DNA from: Mobula hypostoma
Taxonomy: Eukaryota
Assembly (NCBI RefSeq): GCF_963921235.1
Contig: NC_086109.1
Span: forward strand, 6,450,001 to 6,514,000
Direction of reading: 5' to 3'
Length of the DNA stretch: 64,000 bases
Shown: one piece after another, positions 15,401-27,989 of the stretch
Position numbering within the stretch: the first letter of the stretch is position 1
Layout of the letters: each line of letters starts with the position of its first letter
Notes under the pieces: model-generated
Told to the model about the DNA's origin: nothing
What the model saw: the letters and a program-made list of their open reading frames with translations, nothing else
Databases searched by the model: none
Program-made: the position numbers and the translations under genes

Positions 15401-15567
15401 TCTCATCTTCCTTCGCTACACAGAGAAAAGTCCTCGTCCTCTCAACCTTTCTTGTTCCGTCAGTCATGCCAATCTTGATGCCAGTTATTTAGAGTTGCCA
15501 CCAGTACTTACAGTGAGCAGTTTGTGGTCTGTTTCATTGCTGAATTCTAAAGGTAGAGTGGTTATGA

Positions 15568-15828
<261 letters not shown>

Positions 15829-16227
15829 TGACCTCACACATCTTTGCAACGTGGGAGGAAACTGGAGCACCCGGAGGAAACCCACACAGTCTTGGGGAGA
15901 ACTTACAAGCTCATTACAGACAGCAGCAGGAATTGAACCCTCACCACTGCTCAATCCCAGCATCCTCTGTAAGGAGTCTCTCTGTCTCAGCTGTGGAAGG
16001 CGTAGATTTTCTCTGGGTCCTCCGGTTTCTGCCATCTGTCCAAAGATGTACTGGGTAGGTTAGTTGATTGTAAATTGCCCCATGAATAGGTTAGTGTTAA
16101 ATTGGGGTTGTTGGGTGCGGGGGGAGAGAGGTTTGCTGGGGTGGCGTGGTTTGAAGGGTCTAATTTGTGTCATATCTTTGGTATTGGTATGTACAAATGC
16201 TGACCTTAGTGATCATTAAAATTTCAG

Positions 16228-16314
16228 TCTATGACATTAGATGAGGCAAAGAAGGAAGCACTGACCATCCTGAAACAAGTAATGGAAGAAAAACTAAGTG
16301 CTACTAATATTGAG
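16228..16314 (+). CDS. PSMA5: PSMA5 exon 8
   Basis: tttcag|TCT ATG ACA...ATT GAG|gtatg. Encodes SMTLDEAKKEALTILKQVMEEKLSATNIE. 87 bp. Confidence 0.96.
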
Positions 16315-17605
16315 GTATGAACATTTTGTATATGATGAGCCAGTAACTCTATGTTTGACTGGGACAGTGTTCTTTTATTTAGAGATTTCCAACCCTTAAG
16401 TATGAGAAATTTATTCTGATCAACATGGCATGGGTGAATAAGACCATAAGACACAGGAGCAGAATTAGGCCTTTTATCCATCCAGTCTCCTCTGCTGTTT
16501 AATTGTGGCTGATTTATTATCCCCCTCAAGAAATTCCTCCTCATCTGTTCTAAAGGGATGTCACTCTATAGGAATGGGCTTGTGTGTTTTGTTCCCCGCC
16601 CCCCCCCCACCTCTGATGGACAACTATCCACTATTCCACTCTCATCCCAGCACTTTACATGAGGGTGAAGACATTTGCCTCAAAATGTAGATGGGAAGTA
16701 TTATCCAGTACATTCTATGTATTGACACGTCTCCTTGGAGAAGAGCACAAAGTACTGTCAAAAGTTGCAGCAGGATGGTGGGGTAGCTTCTCGGGGCATT
16801 AGACACTTGGCCCATTGAGTCTACTTCAGCATTCAATCATGGCTGATTTATTATCTTCTTCAATCCCATTTTCCTGCCTTCTCTCTGTAAGCTTTGACAC
16901 CCTTTTTAATCAAGAAACTATCAACCTCTGCTTTATATATACCCAATGACTGGGTCTCCAGGGCTGTCTGTAGCAATGAGTTCCACAGATTCACCACCCT
17001 CTGCCTAAATAAAATCCATCTCATCTCTGTTTTGAAGGAATATCCTTGTATTCTGAGGCTGTGCCCCCTAGTCCTAGACTCCCGCACTATAGGAAACATC
17101 TTCACCACATCCACTCTATCCTAAGCCTTTCAATATTTGCTAAGATTCAGTGAGATTTTTCTCCTCATTCTTCTAAACTCCAGCAAGTACTGGCCTGGAG
17201 CCATCAAATGTTCCTCATACATTAACCCTTTCCTTCCTGGATTAATTCTTGTAAATCTTCTCTGGACCTTCTCCAATGCCAGCACAACTTTTCTAAAGCT
17301 GCTCATAATACTCGGAAGTGCAGTCTGACTAATGCCTTATAAAGCCTCACCATTACAACTTTGCTTTTATATTCTAGATGCCTCAAAATGAATGTAAAAG
17401 TTGTATTTGCCTTCCTTACTACTGACTCAACCTGCAACGTATGGTGAAAATAGAAAATACATTTAGAAAAGTTGTCTCAGCTTGATCATTTACTCCTAAC
17501 AATGAGCTAAAGAAAAGCTGTAGGGGTAGTTAACCTCGGCTCCTTTCGTCACTCTTCTATAGCTGCTGAAGCTGGAGTGTATTAACTGATTAATTCTCTT
17601 TTCAG

Positions 17606-17683
17606 CTTGCAACAATAGAGCCTTCAAAAGCATTTCACATGTACACAAAGGAGGAGCTGGAAGAAGAAATAAAGAAAATCTAA
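17606..17683 (+). CDS. PSMA5: PSMA5 exon 9 (last coding exon, includes stop codon)
   Basis: ttcag|CTT GCA ACA...AAA ATC TAA. Encodes LATIEPSKAFHMYTKEELEEEIKKI*. Exons 2-9 total 697 nt; adding the usual 29-nt exon 1 gives 241 aa plus stop, the known PSMA5 length. Confidence 0.96.
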   Translation, partial: LATIEPSKAFHMYTKEELEEEIKKI

Positions 17684-17879
17684 ATTTGAATTCTGGCCCA
17701 GCCACTGGTTTTCTTGAGTATAAATTCAAGCAATCAAAGTTACAAGCTCTGAAGGTTTCCAGTTTGTGGAATAACGCTTTCAGATAGTTTCTACGTATGT
17801 AGTACTAGTTTTAACTTGGTTTTGAAAAATCTCTGTACATACTGCATTGAAAACCATTATTATGAACCAAATGGAACTA

Positions 17880-17885
17880 AATAAA
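17880..17885 (+). terminator. Candidate PSMA5 polyadenylation signal
   Basis: AATAAA about 200 nt after the stop codon, followed by T/GT-rich sequence. Confidence 0.6.
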
Positions 17886-19082
17886 TTTTTGTTACTGATG
17901 GTGTATTGCCAAAATCCTTTATGCTGTGTGCTGCTTTCTTTTCTCAAGAGAATGAGATGAATTTATCAAAATCAAAGTAAAATTCATTGTCAATGTATGC
18001 ATACATGACTGTATACTACTTTGAGATTTATTTTCTTCAGGCATTTGCAGGAAAATAAAAAAACATTGAATTTACAAAAACTATACATAAAGACAAACAA
18101 AACTACCAATGTGTGAAAGAAGACATTGTGCAAATAGAGAAAGTATTGTGGTCATGAGCTGTAGGGTCCTTGAAAGTGAGTCCATAGGTTGTAGATCAGT
18201 TCAGAATTATGAGTTAAGTTATCCACACTGGTTCAGGAGCTTGATGGTTGTATGGTAATAACTGTTCCTGAACCTAATTCCTCTGTACTTTCTTCCCTAT
18301 GGTCATAGTGAGAAAAGAGCATGGCCTAGATGGTGGGGATCTTCGGGTTTTGCTTTCTTGTGGCAGCATTCCATATAAATGTACTCATTGGTGGGGAGAG
18401 CTTTGCCTGTGATGGGCTGGGTTGTATCTGTCCACCACTTTCTGTAGACTTCATAATACATTTGTATCATAATTCATGTAATTATTTTGCAATCTAACCC
18501 CACTGACATAGCCCTCCATTTTTCTATCATTCATGTGCCTATCTAAGAGTTTCTTAAATGTGTCTAATGTACCTACCTCTTGCTGCCACCCCAATAAAAT
18601 CAGATGCTGGAAATCCAAGCAACACACACAAAATGCTGGAGGAATTCAGCAGGCCAGGCAGCCCTGATGAAGAGTCTCGGCCCGAAACATCAACTGTTTT
18701 CTCTTTTCCATAGATGCTGGCTGACCCACTGAGTTCCTCCAGCAATTATGTATGTTGCTCTATCACCACCCCAGCAGCATGTTCCACACACCCACCACTC
18801 TCTGGGGGGGGGGTGGGAATGTATCTCTGACATCCCCCCCTATACTTTCCTCCAATCACCTTAAAATTGTGCTCCCCCGTAATAGCCATTTCAACTCTGG
18901 GGAAAATGTCACTGGCTGTCCAATTGATCAATATCTCTTACAGTCATGTACACCTCTATCAAGTCACCTCTCATTCTCCTTTGCTCCACATTAAAAATCA
19001 CTAGCTTCCTCAACCTAACTTCATAAGACAAGCTCTGTAATCCAGGCAGCATCCTGGTTAATCTTTTCAGCACCCTTTAAAG

Positions 19083-19245
19083 CAGGGGTAGGCAACCTTT
19101 TTGCCTCTGTGGACCGGATAAATGCCAATAAAAAAAACTTGAACTATGGGAATTATTCATTCAAATACATCTGGTTATGTTTTGCTGCAAATTAATGAAT
19201 AACGCATGCTAGAAAATCATTTGTGCTTAAGCTTGCCTACCCCTG
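19083..19245. mobile_element. hAT (Charlie-like) MITE
   Basis: TIRs CAGGGGTAGGCAA / TTGCCTACCCCTG. 8-bp TSD CTTTAAAG / CTCTAAAG. Interrupts a CR1 fragment. Confidence 0.88.
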
Positions 19246-19414
19246 CTCTAAAGCTTCCACATTCTTCCTATAATGAGGCAACCAGAACTGAACACAAAAT
19301 TCCCAAGTGTAACCAGGGTTTTAGAGTGCAGCAACATTACATCATGGCTCTTGCACCCTGAGAGATAAGTGTCTTAGAATAAAGCCCCCGCCACCTCTAA
19401 TTTATATATATATC

Positions 19415-19737
19415 ATTATGTGCTGTGTTGTATGATGTAGGCAATCATAGTTTCATGACCATGGTTGTCCTTAGCTGTTTTTTCTCCAGAAGTGGTTTGC
19501 CATTGCCATTGGCTCGGAGCAGTGTCTTTATGAGACGGATGGCCCAAGCCATTATCAATATCCTTCAGAGATTGTCTGCCTGGTGTCAGTGGTCGCATAA
19601 CCAGGACTTGTGATATGCACCAGCTGATCGGGGGCTAAGCAGGTGCTACACCTTGCCCAAGGGTGACCTGCAGGCTGGCAGAGGGAAGGAGCGTCTTACA
19701 CCTCCTTTGGTAGAGACATGTCTCCACCCCACCACCA
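19415..19737 (-). mobile_element. RTE-derived short non-autonomous element
   Basis: Minus strand has a Bov-A/RTE-like GCAATGGCAAACCACTTCTG motif and an ATAATGAT tail. Copies at about 14580-14932, 45380-45775, 54470-54840 and 57840-57932. Confidence 0.65.
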
Positions 19738-21310
19738 TTTTTTAAAAATGAGGTTAGATTGTGTCACAGTGAAGGTTTAACTCTTATGGGTCATTAATCT
19801 TATTTAGAAGAAGAAGAAGCATCTAGCAATTAGATGTTTGCCATGATCACTGGACCTGGACTCCTAACATCAAGAGAGTGGAACTGCTCCAGTGGCTTTT
19901 CCACTTTAAAAATTCCCCTGCACAGGTTTCCTGTCATCAGATACAATGGACAACCACCATATTAAGCTATATGTTGTATATGCACACTTTATAGCAGCTT
20001 GTTCATCTACATATTTTAAAAATTATCTGTTAATATCACTGCGTGGGTATTTAATGTACTGTTTGCACCTTGGTCCCAGAGGAACATTGTTTTGTTTAGC
20101 TGCGTACAGCCTGATGACAAAAAAAAACTGGAAATTGAACTTGAATTTGAAACGTTAATGTATCTGCTTCAACCACTTCCTCTGGCGGCTCATTCCATAT
20201 ACTGCAGCCATCGTTCGACCTCTGGAATTTATCGACCCCAGGACGCGCTGACCACGGGGTTGACCTTCGGGCCGCGTAGCTGAGGTGGAGTAACTCACGC
20301 AGCTCTGCGAGATACAGAGACGCGTCTGGGATTGATGTAGCTGGAAACTGAGTCAGCATATTTTCGCTTGCTCAAAATACCCAGTTAAGCCCTCGTTATA
20401 TTTAGTGTGCGTCAGTTACTTTTAGCTGGGAGTAAGCAATTGAGAAAATCTGAAAAAAGGATCATAATTAAACACATGAAGTAAATACAGTATTCAAAAT
20501 GTACCTGAAGTTAAGTACGAGAACCTTGCAGCCTGAAGCTGGTGATTTTGCTTCTAATTGCCTGGACATGACTGGTATTTATGCCCAGCACTACCACACC
20601 TTGAACCGAGTGACCTGGGCAATTTCTGAAACCAAACTAGGTGAAGTAAGAGTTCCGTCCCTCTAGGACCCCAGTGAACTGGCTGGTTTTCAGAGCAACA
20701 CACTCCCAAGTGCTGGAGGAACTCAGTAGGTCAGGCCGCATCTATGGAGGGAAATAAACAGTCAACGTTTCAGGCTGAGACTCTTCATCAGAACTGGAAA
20801 GGAAGGGGGCAGAAGCCAAAATAAGAAGGTGGTGGGGGGGGAGGGGAGGAAGGAATACAAGCTGGCAGATGATAGGTGAGTCCAGGTGACTGAGTGGGGA
20901 AGAGGGGATGAAGTAAGCTGGAATTGAGAGGTGGGAAAGGTAAAGGGCTGAAGAAGAAGATATCTGATAGGAGAGAAGAGTGAGAGACTAAGAGTACTTT
21001 CACAGTTAGGATGACTGCTCCGAGCTTTATTCCAGATTTAGTTTTTAATTACTACATTTCCTAACCATTATATTTGGATTTGAATGGGTTATTTTCTCGG
21101 GCTGTCAATTGCTGGTAAAGTAACATAAAGTACTGGTCTTACAGAATGCACAAAATAGCACAGAATACCACAAAAAGCCCTAATAAGAATAGCCCAATTA
21201 AATAAAGAATGCAAACGAGAGGAAATCTGCAGATGCTGGAAATTCAAGCAACACACATCAAAGTTGCTGGTGAACGCAGCAGGTCAGGCAGCATCTCTAG
21301 GAAGAGGTAC

Positions 21311-21346
21311 AGTCGACGTTTCGGGCTGAGACCCTTCATCAGGACT
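21311..21346 (-). ncRNA. Minimal type I hammerhead ribozyme motif (intact core)
   Basis: Minus strand reads AGTC-CTGATGA-A-GGG-TCTCAG-CCC-GAA-ACGT-C-GACT: stem I AGTC/GACT, CUGAUGA core, stem II, GAAA, palindromic ACGU, and a GUC cleavage triplet. Confidence 0.8.
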
Positions 21347-21828
21347 AACTAAAAGAAGAGCTAGTAAGAGATTTGAAAGTGGGAGGGAGAGGGGGAGATC
21401 CAAAATGATAAGAGAAGGAGGCGGGGGCGGGGGGTGGGGGATGGAGCCAAGAGCTGGAGTTTATTCCGTCTGGGTAGCCTCCAACCTGATGGCATGAACA
21501 TTGATTTCTCGAACTTCTGCTAATGCCCCACCTCCCCCTCGTACACCATCCGTTATTTATTTATTTATATACACACATTCTTTTTCTCTCTCTCCTTTTT
21601 CTCCTTCTGTCCCTCTCACTATACCCCTTGCCCATCCTCTAGGCTTTCCCCCCCCCTTCCCCTTTTCTTTCTCCCTGGGCCTCCTGTCCTGTGATCCTCT
21701 CATATCCCTTTTGCCAATCAACTGTCCAGCTCTTGGCTCCATCCCTCCCTCTCTTGTCTTCTCCTATCATTTTGGATCTCCCCCTCCCCCTCCCACTTTC
21801 AAATCTCTTACTAGCTCTTCCTTCAGTT

Positions 21829-21864
21829 AGTCCTGACGAAGGGTTTCGGCCCGAAACGTCAACT
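21829..21864 (+). ncRNA. Minimal hammerhead motif (stem I mismatch)
   Basis: AGTC-CTGACGA-A-GGG-TTTCGG-CCC-GAAACGTC-AACT. Confidence 0.6.
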
Positions 21865-22004
21865 GTACCTCTTCCTAGGGATGCTGCCTGGCCTGCTGCA
21901 TTCACCAGCAACTTTGATGTTAAATAAAGAATGGTCTCCCAGGGAAAGAGAATACCACTCAAGATTTTCATTAAGGTCACAGTATACTGATAATCTTATG
22001 TGCA

Positions 22005-22547
22005 GTGTACCACTTCGTCGAGCACCTCCGCTCCATCCGCCAAAAGTGGAATTTGCCAGTGGCCAAACATTTGAATTCTGATTCCTGTTCTGATGGGTCA
22101 ATCCGTGGCTTCCTCTTGTGCCAAGATGAGGGCACCCTCAGGGTAGAGGAGCAACGCCTATTCTGTCTGGGTAGCCTCCAACCGATGGCATGAATATTGA
22201 TTTCTCCTTCCAGTAGAAAAAAATCCTTTCCCTTTTCCACAGTCTGACCTCTTACCTCTTCTCACCTGCTTATCACTTTCCCCTGGGTCCTCTTCTTCCC
22301 TTTCTCCTCTGGTCCACTCTCCTATCAGATTCCTTCCTCTCCAACCCTCTATCTTTCCCACCCACCGAACTCTTTTTAGTTATACTCCTTCCCCTCACCT
22401 TTCTTTCTGGCATCTTCCCCTTCCTTTTCAGTCCTAATGAAGAGTCTCGGCCTGAAACATTGACTGTTCATTCCTTTCCATTGATGCTGCCTGGCCTGCT
22501 GAGTTCATCCAGCATTTTGTCTGTGTTGCTCTGGATTTTCAGCATCA
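22005..22547 (+). mobile_element. Penelope-like 3' fragment
   Basis: HFVEHLRSIRQKWNLPVAKHLNS...EEQRLFCLGSLQP, with a degenerate HHR near 22429-22466. Confidence 0.75.
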
Positions 22548-25369
22548 GAGAGACATTGATAGGATGCAGAAGTGGGCTGAGAAGTGGCAGATGGAATTCA
22601 ACCCGGAGAAGTGTGAGGTGGTACACTTTGGAAGGACAAACTCCAAGGCAGAGTACAAAGTAAGTAGCTGTGTGGAACGAGCTTCCAGCAGAAGTGGTTG
22701 AGGCGGGTTCGATGTTGTCATTTAAAGTTAAATTGGATAGATATATGGACAGGAAAGGAGGGGAGGGTTATGGACCGAGTGCAGGTCGGTGGGACTAGGT
22801 GAGAGTAGATCGACATGGACTAGAAGGGCCGAGATGGCCTGTTTCCGTGCTGTAATTGTTATATGGTTATATCTGCAGAACCTTGTGTTTTGCAGTAAAC
22901 AATGTAAATGCTGTTTTCCCCTTGTATGCTCAGGTTGAAATTGAACAACTTCAGTAAACCAACACAGAATGGTGCTCGAATTTGATTGATATTGGGCTTC
23001 AAAATTCACTAAACTCTAATAAACAGCTTGTGGTCATTCAGGCTGATCAATTTACTGATAGAACATAGAACAGTATGAGCCCTTCAGCCCATCATGCTGT
23101 GCTGACATTTTAACTTACTCCAAGACCAAACTAACCTTTCCCCTCTATATAGCCCTCCATTTTTCTTTCAACAATGTGCCTACCTTAAATGAATCTGCCT
23201 CTACCACCAAAACCCATGCCTCTGCATAAAAAAACATACCTCTGACATCCCCCAATACTTTCCAAAAACCACTTTAATATTAAATTGAAGTAGTGGATAC
23301 GGCCTAGTCCATTATGGGTAAAGCCCTCCCCAACGGCGAGGATATCTGCATGGAGCGTTGATGCAGGAAAGCAACGTCCATCATCAGGGTCTCCCTCTAC
23401 CCAGGTCATGCTCTGTTCTTGGTACTGCTGTCAGGAAGAAGGTACAAGAGCTTCAGGACTCACACCTTCCAGGCTCAGAAATAGTTATTATCCCTCAACC
23501 AGAGGGGAGAACTTCACTTGCCCCATCACTAAACTGTTCTCACAACCCATGGACTCAATTTCAAGGACTCTTCACCTCATGTTCTTTATATTTATCTATC
23601 TATTTATTTATTATTTTCGTATTTGCACAGATTTTTGTCTCTTGCACACTGGTTATCTGCCCTGTAGGTGCAGTCTTCCATTGATTCTACTATGGTTATT
23701 GGATTTATTGACTATGCCCACAAGAAAACGAATCTCAAGGTTGTATATGGGGACATATATATATATATATATATACTTTGAACTTTGAAAATGATGCCCC
23801 CTTGTATGTATGGGTCTTCCACAGGAATGTTTACCATGAAAACTTTGTGCCTTTTACTATGGTGCTGGTGATACTGCTTCAAGGAAGGTTTTCATTGCAT
23901 TTGTGCAGATTACAATAAACTCACCTTGACTTTCTTTATAACTTTTTGTTCAGTATTACAGTGTGAGGTAGTGACATGTTAAGCTAAATTTGCCGTTCCT
24001 GTCGTCTTCCTTCCTCCTATCTGTTTAATTGTTTTCTATTTCTACTTCATCCCATCACGCAGATTTGTCAAAGTTAAAAGTAAATTTATTATCAGAGTAC
24101 ATACATGTCACCACATACAATTCTGAGATTCTTTTTCCTGTGAGAAATCTATAGAACAGGAACTGTAAAGAAGATCAATGAACAACAAGCTGTGCAAATG
24201 CAAATATAAATAGCAATAAATAATGACTATGAAATGAGAAGGAGTCCTTAAAGTAAGACAAATAAAGTGAGAACATGTGTAAGGTGTTTCTAAAGACTGA
24301 CTGATTAAAGATTAGCTTTATTTGTTACATGTATTGGCTGAAATTCATTCACTTTCCAATATATCATTAATATTTACCGTAAACAGCTGTGGTCCATTGT
24401 TGGTCATAGTTTGACAATGCAAAAAAGACCCTGTCATCCTTAGTTGCTGCTTCCTGTTGGTTAGATAGACCTGTGTGTAATACCTCGACCTCTCGTCTTG
24501 TCTTTATGTGCTACCTTGTCAAATACCTTTTGCAAATGCAAAAATGTTACATCTACTGTTTGCCCTCTATCTACTCTGGCTAATACTTCCTCAAATAATA
24601 AAGATAAGTGACTTCTTTCTGTTGTGAAGCCTTGCTTGACACTGCTTGATCAGATTCTGACTTTAGAAATATACTGCATTCACTTTGATAATTGACTCTG
24701 GCCTCCCACTTTTTCACTGTTGTATCATTATATAAAGAGCAAGAGGGCAGCAGAGGAAAGAGGAAATGTGTGGAGACTGAGTATATGGGCAATGTTTGCA
24801 GTGAATATTCTGTGGTGTCTGTACATGTGCAGGAGTAAAGGAGGAATTGAGCAAAATTCCAGAGATAAAGCATGGGATTGCATGAGGAAGTAATAAAGGC
24901 ACAATTCACCAGGGTGGAACGAAATCTATTGCAGGCCATTAAAAGAATCAAAGGTTCATTTGTTATCAAAGTGTGTATGCATTATACAACTCTTAAGATT
25001 CACCTTCTCCAGTTAGCCCCCCAAAACAAAGGAAAACCATGGAGAAACATGGTTCAAAGAGAAACAACAAACCTACCCCTCTGCATGAGAAAAAGAATGC
25101 AGCATAATCATCAAATCCACCCCCCCCGCCCCTTCAGCACAGAACGCAACAAGAAGGAACCCTGCTCAAAGAAACAACAAGACAGAATATAAAAACCATA
25201 AGACAGAAAAGTCCATAGTCCATTAAAGAAGAATGCGCAGAAGCCCGAGCTACAACTTTCCTACCTGGCTGCAGGAGCAGCGCCTGATGACTGGAGGATC
25301 ACTGATGTTGTACTGGTGTTGAGAAAACAAAGGGACAAAATCAGTAATGGTGGACTTCCTGTACTTCCT

Positions 25370-26380
25370 GTAAGATCGCCAGCAGGTGTTAAGAGTGGGC
25401 TTCCTCACCCCTGACCCTCAACACAGGAGCCCCACAGGGCTGTATCCTAAGCCCCCTCCTTTACTCCCTGTATACCCATGACTGTGTCACCACCCACAGC
25501 TCCAATCTGCTAATTAAATTTGCTGATGACACTACACTGATTGGCCTTATCTCAAATAATAATGAGGCAGCCTACCAAGAAAACAGTGGTGTCAGGAAAA
25601 CAACTCAGACATCCCACCCCTCCTGGAAGTTCCGGGAGTCTCCCGCATATTAATAGTAGCTCCCTGATGCCCGCAAATTATATACAATGTCCCGGAAATC
25701 AATTTTTGTGAGAGCGACCACAAGAGAGAGAGAGAGCGCGCGAACGCGCGCCATGGCAGAGTGTTCCAAAACAAGAAAATATAAAACGTACGTCACTCCA
25801 GACTACACTAAAGTGTACCCCTGCCTAATAGGGTTCAAAAATAAAGACAGTGTTGCTCGCTGCACTGTTTGCAACAGTGACTTTTCTATTGCCCATGGTG
25901 GGTTAAGACTGTAAAAGACATGTTGAGGTGAGTTTAACAGGTGTCGTTCGTTCATTAGCATAGCTAACGTTATTTAAACTAGCTGGCCAGCTGCTAAGGA
26001 GCTACTCTATTGCAGACATCCCACCTCTCCCGGAAGTTCCAGGAGTCTCCCGCAAATTGATGGTGCTACTTCCCTGAAATGAGTTTTTGCAGGGTGGGAT
26101 GTCTGACAACCTCTCCCTCAATGTCACAAAAACAAAGGAGCTAGGTGTGGACTACAGGAGGAATGGAGACAGGCTCAGCCCTAATGCCATCAATGGATCG
26201 GGGGTTGAGAGGGTGAATAGCTTTAAGTTCCTTGGCGTACACTTCACCAAGGATCTCATACATACCAGCTGTGTGGTGGGAAAAAAGCACAATAGTGCCT
26301 CTTTCACCTCAGACGGTTGAAGTTTGGCATGAATCCCCAAATCCTAAGGACTTTCTACAGGGGCACAATTGAGAGCATCC
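25370..26380 (+). mobile_element. Rex/Babar-like LINE RT fragment (interrupted by the hAT element)
   Basis: GAPQGCILSPLLYSLYTHDC...IKFADDTTLIGLI..., NLSLNVTKTKEL.VDYRR, FKFLGVH, FYRGTIESIL. Confidence 0.8.
25606..26105 (+). mobile_element. Non-autonomous hAT-type DNA transposon with transposase zinc-finger remnant
   Basis: TIRs CAGACATCCCACCC / GGGTGGGATGTCTG, ACAAC duplicated in the flanks, and a coding remnant ARCTVCNSDFSIAHGG..(fs)CKRH. Splits a LINE RT fragment. Confidence 0.8.
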
Positions 26381-27989
26381 TCTCTCTTTGGATTGTTCCT
26401 TGCACTAGGACCCAGCTGATGCAAAGGGCTTGGGGCCTAGACCATGCTGCCCAGCAGCTTGCTCTGGGCCCAGATTTTGTCGCCCAGCCCGAAGCCCCTC
26501 TCAAGCTCTTCAAATCAGCTCGGAGCCCAGAGCGATCCAACCTTGCACCTGGGGCAGTTGTACGGGCATCAAAGCTCCTCTGCCCCCACTTCTCCTCTCT
26601 GAATGGCTCACTCCTGCAACACACCAGCCCGGCTCATCCCCCGAACTCGCCACAGAATCACTCGCCCCCTCACTGTTTGCAGTGATAATTTTATACAATT
26701 TGCCTCAGAAAAGGTGTTTTTGGTGACGTTTTTACTCAAATTTCTTGCCTTTTGAACTGCCAGTGAGCTGTTGCACACATTCAGTAGTGCCATCTTAGCC
26801 GGAAGTACGGAAGGATACCGCTGTCTTTGGAATTTCCTCCAAATCCACTGAAGAGATTGGATCTTGGTAGGGTCACCCATGACAATCAGGTCAAAGGGTA
26901 GAGGCCAAACTAAGAGTGGTCCAGTGGTCCTCCAGGTTCAGGGGTTCAGCTCAGGGCTAACAACCCAGACTGGTGAAACAAAATTGCTAAGGAAACATCC
27001 GAGTGTGATGGTATTCCTGAGTCTCCATCCGGGACTTGTATGACTGACAGTAGTGAAAACCGAGAGGAAGCTGCTGACACGATGAAGGAAACTCTGAACA
27101 TCAATAGAGTTGGAGGACCTCCATAGCTGCCCTAAATGCCAGTGGTATAACGGGCAGTAAGCCAGAACCACTGACAGGATAAATTCGCCACCATCCATGA
27201 ACTCTCCTTGGCCAATATCTCCCTATTACATTGAGTGATCTCAGTAGGGGCGGCCGAACTGTTCACATGGTCAAAACCAGGCACTCCGGTCTGAACCAGG
27301 TAAAATGGCTGAACTGGAGTTAGCATTGCGCGGTGGTTGTTATATACCGGTTGGTATTGTTGTTATGCTGTTGTTGATATTTTTTATATGTTGTAAGTCC
27401 AAAACATAAATCTAATTTAAAAGAAAAGATGGAGAGTCCAAAAGGTGTGATGCTAACTTAGTTTATACCTTAAGTGTGGCACACATATATCATGTGGTAG
27501 CATCATGATGTATACAATTCATTTATTTTAACAATTAACCCGTAATGAATTACTTAAATGAACAAAGAATGCCTAATCAACAACATTTTTAAAAGATTAG
27601 TTCAATATCACTGAAATGTTAAAAACACCACAGTATTGTACTTATGTTGTCATTGGTTTTGGGTGGTGTTGTACCATGGTTGTTGGGATTGTTGTATGAT
27701 ACTTGGTTTTGCTGCTGGTGATGTTCTAGGTTGACTGTTGTTATATTGTTGATGTACTGTGGTTGTTTTGCTGAACTACAGTTGGCGATTGTTAATATAC
27801 TGCTATTGTTGCACAGTAGCTGTTTTGCCATTGTAAGGCTTCTGTTGGTATTGTTTCACAGCAGTTGGTGTATATATTGGAACACCTTTGAAGTTGCTGC
27901 ACTGCTGTTGCATTGTTGTTATTGTTGCTGCACTATGTTGTGGTAATATTCTTATTCTTGAAATTGTACCATTGTTAATGTTGTTGCAT

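Larger units (their letters stand above)
21212..21919. mobile_element. Truncated Penelope-like element with inverted terminal repeat
   Basis: Inverted arms of ~200 bp flank the 3' end of a GIY-YIG coding fragment. 14-bp TSD TTAAATAAAGAATG at 21198-21211 and 21920-21933. One HHR motif in each arm. Confidence 0.85.
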
